Source: Phaeosaccion multiseriatum (taxonomy: Eukaryota; Protista; Ochrophyta, other classes). From it: DNA of 64,000 nucleotides. The position numbers and the translations under genes are program-made. Numbering within the stretch: position 1 is the stretch's first letter; each line of letters begins with the position of its first letter. Positions 57,852-64,000 of the stretch are shown here, one piece after another. The notes under the pieces were generated by a model. It did not search any database and had not been told where the DNA came from. It was given only the letters and a program-made list of their open reading frames with translations. The stretch covers positions 1,674,001 through 1,738,000 of the forward strand of contig OZ218964.1 of the NCBI GenBank assembly GCA_965112735.1. The letters are read 5' to 3'.

Positions 57852-60781
57852 CCCGTTCCTTCCTCTTTCGCCCTTGCTTCTTCTGCCTCTGTCCTCTCTT
57901 CTCTTTCAAAATTGGCCTGTCGTTCGCCGCGTTCCTCCTTTCTGCGTCGCTTGCTCTCCTTCTTGGGGGCCAGCAGAGCCTCCGTTACTCGTCCTCTCTC
58001 GGAGCCTCGCTGACTCTGCCGCGCTGCTGTTGCGTGCCTTCCACCCCCGGGACTCGGACTCTGCACTTGTGTGATGTTGAGAGAAAGGGCAACGTCTCTA
58101 TATCGCTGCAATCGGACCTCGTCCTCCATGGCACTCAGACGACTCACGTTTATGGTCTCCACTCCCCCACCCCCGTCGAGGAAACGAACTTTCAAAGCGG
58201 GCGTACCACCTGTGCCTGTAGTAACCCCCCCTTTGCCCTGCCCACTGCTACTGGTGCTGTCGCTGCCCACCACCACGGCAGGGTAGAGCCTGCAGCTCCC
58301 CTCGTAGGGAGCCTCCACGAGTTCGCCGAGCGCGAAGGTCTGCTGCTGCTGCTGCTGCTGTTGCCCGGGTCTGCAGCGGCGGCTATGCACTGTTCTCCTC
58401 GAGGTGTCAGCTCCCCCCTTCTTGGGAGGGGGGGTAGTAGTAGAAGTAGCAGCAGCAGCAGCAGCAGCAGCATGGGAAGCTCCGGCTAAGAGCGGACAAG
58501 AAGCGGCGGGCACATCTGTTGCAACCTTCCTCTCTTCTGCACCATTCCCACGACCACCCGATGGACCTTCCTCCACAGCGAAGAGTCGAACACCAGGCAA
58601 CCAGACGTCCCCAACGCCCTGCTCTCCTGCTGCCCAAGCTCTTCCTCCGTCTCCTCTTGGTGTTACTCCTCTCCTCTTTCCTCCGGGTCTCCTGATGAGC
58701 AACCCTCCCCTCCACACTTCAGCCGGCTCGAGGCCCAACCACCCCACCACCGAAGAAGAAGAAAACGTCCATGATCCCGCAGACACTTCACTCCTCTTTG
58801 CAGCGCACAACTGGGCAGGGAGCGCCGCGCACCAGTGATGCCAAGGCGAGGGCTCGTCTGATGCCGGTGCTGCTTCGGTATTTGTCTCTGTCTCTGTCTC
58901 TGTCCCTATCTCTGCGCCGCCTTGTACCACCACTGCTGCTGCTGCTTCTGCTGCCGAGCCTCCTTGCCCCCCTTCTGGTGCTCGGGGAGGGGCGGTGATG
59001 GAGATCCGGCCTCTGCCCTGGAGCCTCCTCAAGGCTGCGCGTAAGCTGCCGAGAATAGGCAGAGCACACGGGTCTGTTGCCTGCGAAAGGAGCAGATACG
59101 GGCAACCCGTGACAACATAACATTGGCGGGGGGTGTTTGAGGCTTAGCACAGAGACACGAGGTGGGGGTCGGGGGGGGCGTTGCTCCGCTGGAGCCATCC
59201 ATGTTTCCAAGCGAAGGTGCCTAAACGTCCGATCAATGTGTGACTCGACGTCTCTCTCAAAGCCACAAAAAAGACCCTGAGTCCGCAACATGATGTATCC
59301 CGGAAAGGAGATTGGAGGCCTTACCGAGGAGGGGAGAGTGTGAAGGGGCTTCCACGGCAGCGAATCCCTAGTCTGCTCGTGCAGGCCGGGGGGCAGACCC
59401 ACCCACAAGATATCCAATAGACCATCCGCCCTCCCCTGCTGAGTGTGCTGTTGTCGCTGCTCCACCAACACCTGCACGTCCCTCCCTACTCCTTCCACCA
59501 GGCCCTTCTCAGAGGGGGAAGTGGCTTGGTAAGCGGCCAGCATCTCCGCCTGTGTGGATGCCTGCCAGGGTTTTGTTTAGGAACAAGAGAGAGAGAGAGA
59601 GAGTTTGGGGAGCAAGAACACGTACATGGATTGGAGGCGGGGAGAGCAAGAGGCAGGAGGGGTGGGCAGTAAGTACACATGTCATGGCCAGCAACCCCCC
59701 CCCCTTGCCGAGGTTCTTGCTTCTTTTTTCTCCCAGCTTCCCGCTCCTCCTACTTGTCAGCCCAGCCCTCGCGTGCTCCTCTCATGATTTCGCTGCTTAC
59801 CTGGAAAGCCTCCCAGCTAGCGGCCTCTTGCTTGTCGTGCACGAGTCTGCCGTTCTCCCTCACCCCCTCATCCACCCCTGTCTCCTGCAGTCCTGGGGGA
59901 CATGAAGAGAGGTGCTGCTCTACTTCTCGTACTTGATCCTGGACAAGCAGCAGCAAAGGCTGGGGAGGCGGAAAAGGAGCATGGCAGATAGACATAAGAT
60001 GGGGTGAACTAACTTAGAGCAACATTCGTCTTCGGCGTACAAAACGTACCCGGAGTAGGGAAGCACTGGCTTTTTGACCGCGGTGCCACGACCCACAAGC
60101 CCGTAGCCAGGACGGAGCAGGGGTGGGCGAATCTTCCCTTGCTCCAATGTCTTCCTCCGACAAGCCGTGGCCCCGTCCACCGCCCTTGCCGTCGACACGA
60201 GGTCGGCCTCTCTTTCGACTCTTCCTGCCTCTACCACCACCACAACCATCGCCACCTCCCTCAGATCTGCTGCTGCTGCTGCTACTGTTGCTATTGCTCC
60301 CAGTATTGGTCAAGCAGGAAGGGGCAAGCACTGCCGTCTTGAGAAGAGCAGCACTGGTGATGCGCGTCGGTCGAGGGCAAACGAGGCCTACGTGGGACAA
60401 CTGCCCTCCTTGTACAGCTAGCTCCACATCGCTTAGGACCTTGAGCAAGTGTTGTAGGTAGCTCAGCAGGTCCTTCGCTGCAGCAATCGCTGCTGCCGTG
60501 GACAGAGGCGGCGGTACTGGTCTTCCTGTGCGGATGCAGCCACCATTCGCGAGAGCTCCTCGGTCCCCCGCCGATGGCGCTGCCTCCACTACCGCCCCTC
60601 GACCAGAGCATCCTGCTGGCGGCGAGGATAGTTTTAACCCTCCTCCTGCAGTTGCTTTTCTTCCTTCTCCCCCCCCTCCTGTGCTCTGATCGTGAAGGAA
60701 AGGAATGAGTATCTTGCTATTGTAGATCCAGCATGCTGGCTCGGCAAGCAACAGAAGACGCCGATCCTGCTGCTGTCTCAT
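54470..60781 (-). CDS. ~1900 aa low-complexity protein with a Tudor-like segment; exons 60781-60050, 59938-59801, 59561-59325, 59080-54470 (true 5' end uncertain)
   Basis: 1520-codon open frame plus three phase-0 GT-AG introns; FALGELVEAPYEGSCRLYPAVV...KVRFLDG..ETI resembles a Tudor domain. Confidence 0.7.
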
Positions 60782-61958
60782 GCTCTGCTCCTTTCCGGAA
60801 CCAGCTGGACAAGAAGCACCAGGGGCAAGAGGTAAATGAAGGAGGAAGGAAGGGAGGAGGAGGCGGGAATTTGAAAATGTGTCCCTCCTTGGGTATCGAC
60901 CGTTTCTGGGTATCCCAACTCTAATCTCCTTCTCCCCTCTCTTTTCTCTTTTCTCTCTTTTTCGTGCGTGCGTGGTCCTGCGTAATATTTAATTGATTAA
61001 TTAATTAAAATATTTTTAAATTAAAATATTTGGTAATAGCAAAAAATCCTCATTCCTTTCTCTACTACTCTCTCTATGCTTCGCTCCTCCATCTCTTCAC
61101 TCCGGACGGGATATGGCACTCCGGACGGGGTACGGCAGTGCGCCAATTAATCTCCCAATCCATCGGCGACAATCCAATTCAGACTCTTGGACTGATGAGG
61201 ATGAGTTACTCAGTGGCCGACTGTGCCTCCGAGGCACGGGGGTGTGTACTGTACGCCGAGGGTGCGGGTGCCTCACTTCCATGAATGAATGATGTGTTTA
61301 AATTTATGTACACTAAACTAAAAAACTACTGAAATAATATATCGACCTTGATAGAAAGCCCTCTCAAAGTGAGAGAGTTTGTGGTGTACCATGGGAAGCT
61401 CTCCTCCAATCCTCCAACCCGTCTACGGTATATCCAACCCCGAGGGAGCGAAGCGCGACAGCAGAAAGTTGAACGGCTCAAGCCACAACTCCCCGCCACA
61501 CCTCCCTCCCTCCCCTCCCTTCCTCCATCGCGCATACACGCACCTCCTTCCCTCCTCTCTCCCGTACCGTATCAAAAATTGAGGTCATCGAATAGAGCTT
61601 CCAAATGAATCCCCAAGTCATGACACTCCCCACCACCCACGTAAACGCCTATTTCCCCAAGGGGACATATCTAAAAACGACTTTTTTTCTCTTGTGCTCA
61701 TCGGCCATGTGTGCGCCTTGTCGTTTGTGCGGTGCGCTCTCCTCTCCGCTGAACCCGCCACCATTCACTCACTCACCCACCCACCCACCCGCCCATCCTC
61801 GTCACAAAGACTTTGAGGGGGGGGGGGGGGAGGGGGGAAGACAAATCAAAACAGAGAAAAAGCTCAGACCGCCAACCTGTGACTCACTCACACGTCGCCA
61901 CGCCATATGTCAAGATCTCATGGCTGCGTTCCGTTCCTCTCGCGGCTCGTCGCTTGCT

Positions 61959-63974
61959 TCAGCACAGCCACGGCTCCCGCTCTGAGTCGTCCGCTGGTAT
62001 CTCTGTCCGAGTGCGCTTCAGGGCAGCCATGGTGATCCCCGCGATGAGCACAAGGGACAGCGCCGCCGCCGCTACCGACACGCCGATGATAACTCCCTGC
62101 CTGTCGCCGTCTGAGCTGTTGCCCTGGGCGCTGGTGGCCACGCTCACATCCTCCAACTCATCATCCGGGACTGCCTCCGCGCTGGGGGTGGGAGAGGGAG
62201 TGGTGGAGCCTCCCCCACGAGGAGTCACCGGTGCGGTTGTGGGAGGGTTCGTCGGTGTTGGGGGTGACGGGCTCGGAGACGCCCCTCCTGCCGGCGCCGG
62301 AGTAGAAGAGCCACCGCCACCACCGGGTGCTGGTTCCTCCTCCTCCTCCTCCTCCTCCTCCTCCTCCTCCTCTTCCCCCTCCGCTGGGGCAGGGGTGGCA
62401 TCGGCGTCTGCGTCCTCTGACTCGTCTGCTGCTACCGGTGCCGGAGTGGGGCTGGCCACCACGGGTGCAGAGGTCTCCGCTGCAGCTTCTGGGGACGGGG
62501 TGGAGAAGTTGCCCTCGACTTCGGCAAAGATGTCAACGTCCTCACAACTGGCGTAGGGGCAGGGCAAGGACAGGAACGCTACTCCGGGCACATCCAAGTC
62601 GTTGAAAGGCACGAATGACAGAGCGAAGATCTCTCCGTTTCGAGTTTGGGCGAAAGACGCAATGACCGGCACAATGGGCTCTGCGACGTTGGACCACATT
62701 TCTTGCAGAAACATTTTAGATTCGGACGCCCTCCCCAGGCGGCCCAGCACCGCGGTTGCGTAGTCCGCCACAAAGTAGGATCCGTAGTAGACGTCTCGGA
62801 AGGCGTTGCCGCGGTAGACGTAGCCACCCGTGACCGACTTGCCAAGGAAGGGGGAGTCGTCCTCGCAAATTTCTCCAAACCCGATCTCAATGTTCTGCTC
62901 CTCGGACATGTGACAGTATTGGAAGAGGGAGAAGGTAGTGGAGTCATCCTCGAGAAGATCCTCGCAGGTGACTTCATCCGCCGCCTTGTTGCAAACCGAA
63001 CCCTCAAAAATGGGCCAGCCGTAGTTCGCTCCCGCACGAACAAGCACTACTTCCTCCACTTTGCTCCCCCCCACGTCGCCGCACAGCAAGTCTCCATTGG
63101 CCAGGTCAAAGCTGCATCTCCAAGGATTGCGAAGGCCCCATGCCCAGATCTCCGGGCTCGCGTTGCCCCCTGCCACTACTTGGTTTCCTGGCGGGATGGT
63201 GTACGGTGCCGCTCCTTCCGCCAGGTCGGACGATACGCGAATCCGAATCATTGCCGAGTTGAGATTCTGAATGTCCTGTCCATTGTTTTCGGGGTCGTCG
63301 CGTTGTCCGCCATCGCCCGACGAAATGTACAGATCCCATTCGTCGTCGTCGCCGCTCAGCGTACTGGGGGGCTTGAAGCCTATCCAGCCGCCATTGTGAT
63401 TGTTTGCGGGGCTAGGAATGTCCAAGATTGTCACCTCGGAATCTACAGTGGCCTGTGGGTCGCCCTCCGTGTACACCATTCGCGCGACGCGCGTAATCAT
63501 GGCATTTTCGTCCACCACATTTGTTTCAAAGGTGGAGTAGCAGATAAAGAAGACGTTGGACTGAGCAAAGTCCGGCGCAAAGGCCAGGCCCAAAAAGCCC
63601 CTCTCGCCGAAGACTTCCAAGGGAGGAAGAGTCGTGTCCCGGTCGAAAATCAAAACAGAGGAGGTCACGTCTGCCCTGTGCTCAATTTCCTCCACCTTCC
63701 CCGCTTGAGAGATCATCCACCACGCGTCCTTGACGGGGTGGTAGTAGGCACCGACCACATACTTTGTTCGCTGGTCGAGAGGCCAGAGAGGAAAGATGTC
63801 TTCCAGCAAGCCACTCGCCGCCTCAGTCTGCACGTCCTCCAAGTTCAGCGGGTAAGTGTAGACAATGTCATCCACGAGTCCATCGCAAAAGCCCTCCGAC
63901 AGCCCCAGGTCGTCCCAGTGCCCGTCACAGGCGTCCAGGTAATCATCGCAAAAGCTCTTCTTCAGCGTCATGCC
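61959..63974 (-). CDS. HIPL1/HHIPL-like glucose/sorbosone dehydrogenase beta-propeller protein with Pro/Thr-rich stalk and C-terminal TM helix; 5' exons outside window
   Basis: GERGFLGLAFAPDF, NHNGG, LYISSGDGG, PEIWAWGLRNPWRCSFD, GDVG, GANYGWP, SVTGGYVYRG; splice acceptor at ~63975. Confidence 0.9.
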   Translation of the reverse strand, partial: GMTLKKSFCDDYLDACDGHWDDLGLSEGFCDGLVDDIVYTYPLNLEDVQTEAASGLLEDIFPLWPLDQRTKYVVGAYYHPVKDAWWMISQAGKVEEIEHRADVTSSVLIFDRDTTLPPLEVFGERGFLGLAFAPDFAQSNVFFICYSTFETNVVDENAMITRVARMVYTEGDPQATVDSEVTILDIPSPANNHNGGWIGFKPPSTLSGDDDEWDLYISSGDGGQRDDPENNGQDIQNLNSAMIRIRVSSDLAEGAAPYTIPPGNQVVAGGNASPEIWAWGLRNPWRCSFDLANGDLLCGDVGGSKVEEVVLVRAGANYGWPIFEGSVCNKAADEVTCEDLLEDDSTTFSLFQYCHMSEEQNIEIGFGEICEDDSPFLGKSVTGGYVYRGNAFRDVYYGSYFVADYATAVLGRLGRASESKMFLQEMWSNVAEPIVPVIASFAQTRNGEIFALSFVPFNDLDVPGVAFLSLPCPYASCEDVDIFAEVEGNFSTPSPEAAAETSAPVVASPTPAPVAADESEDADADATPAPAEGEEEEEEEEEEEEEEPAPGGGGGSSTPAPAGGASPSPSPPTPTNPPTTAPVTPRGGGSTTPSPTPSAEAVPDDELEDVSVATSAQGNSSDGDRQGVIIGVSVAAAALSLVLIAGITMAALKRTRTEIPADDSEREPWLC

Positions 63975-64000
63975 CTGCCCGTGAGGAGTTAGATGAACGC

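Noticed and set aside
61190-61240. Hammerhead ribozyme (CTGATGA)
   Set aside because: The required GAAA core after stem II is absent
62646-63992. 448-aa plus-strand ORF
   Set aside because: Antisense shadow of the GSDH/HIPL exon

Overview
Intron-rich eukaryotic nuclear DNA, most likely from a photosynthetic stramenopile (Lhcx proteins with signal peptide + ASA-F plastid presequence). Left to right: 3' end of a class-3 lipase; a 10-exon P2C (Na+/K+-type) ATPase with a large Cys-rich M7-M8 extracellular insertion; an ~18 kb tandem array of five intact Lhcx/LI818-type genes interleaved with decayed copies of the ATPase 3' end, decayed Lhcx relics, a deleted chromodomain-bearing Ty3/gypsy element and solo LTRs (the last ~2.8 units are near-identical, period ~3.49-3.50 kb); WDR26/GID7 head-to-head with a Tudor-less SMN; a Rieske [2Fe-2S] protein; a giant low-complexity NEK1-like kinase head-to-head with a chorismate-lyase(UbiC)-fold-like gene; a 5'-truncated RLE-type (CRE/R2-like) non-LTR retrotransposon; a UBL-transmembrane protein; a ~1900 aa low-complexity Tudor-like protein; and the 3' part of a HIPL/glucose-sorbosone-dehydrogenase-like membrane protein. 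Most notable: the Lhcx/ATPase-relic amplicon and its mosaic copies, the UbiC-like gene, and unusual intron architecture (GT/CA-paired intron ends, about 4 of ~36 introns GC-AG). Exon models were derived by eye from splice signals and reading-frame continuity; no database searches were run.
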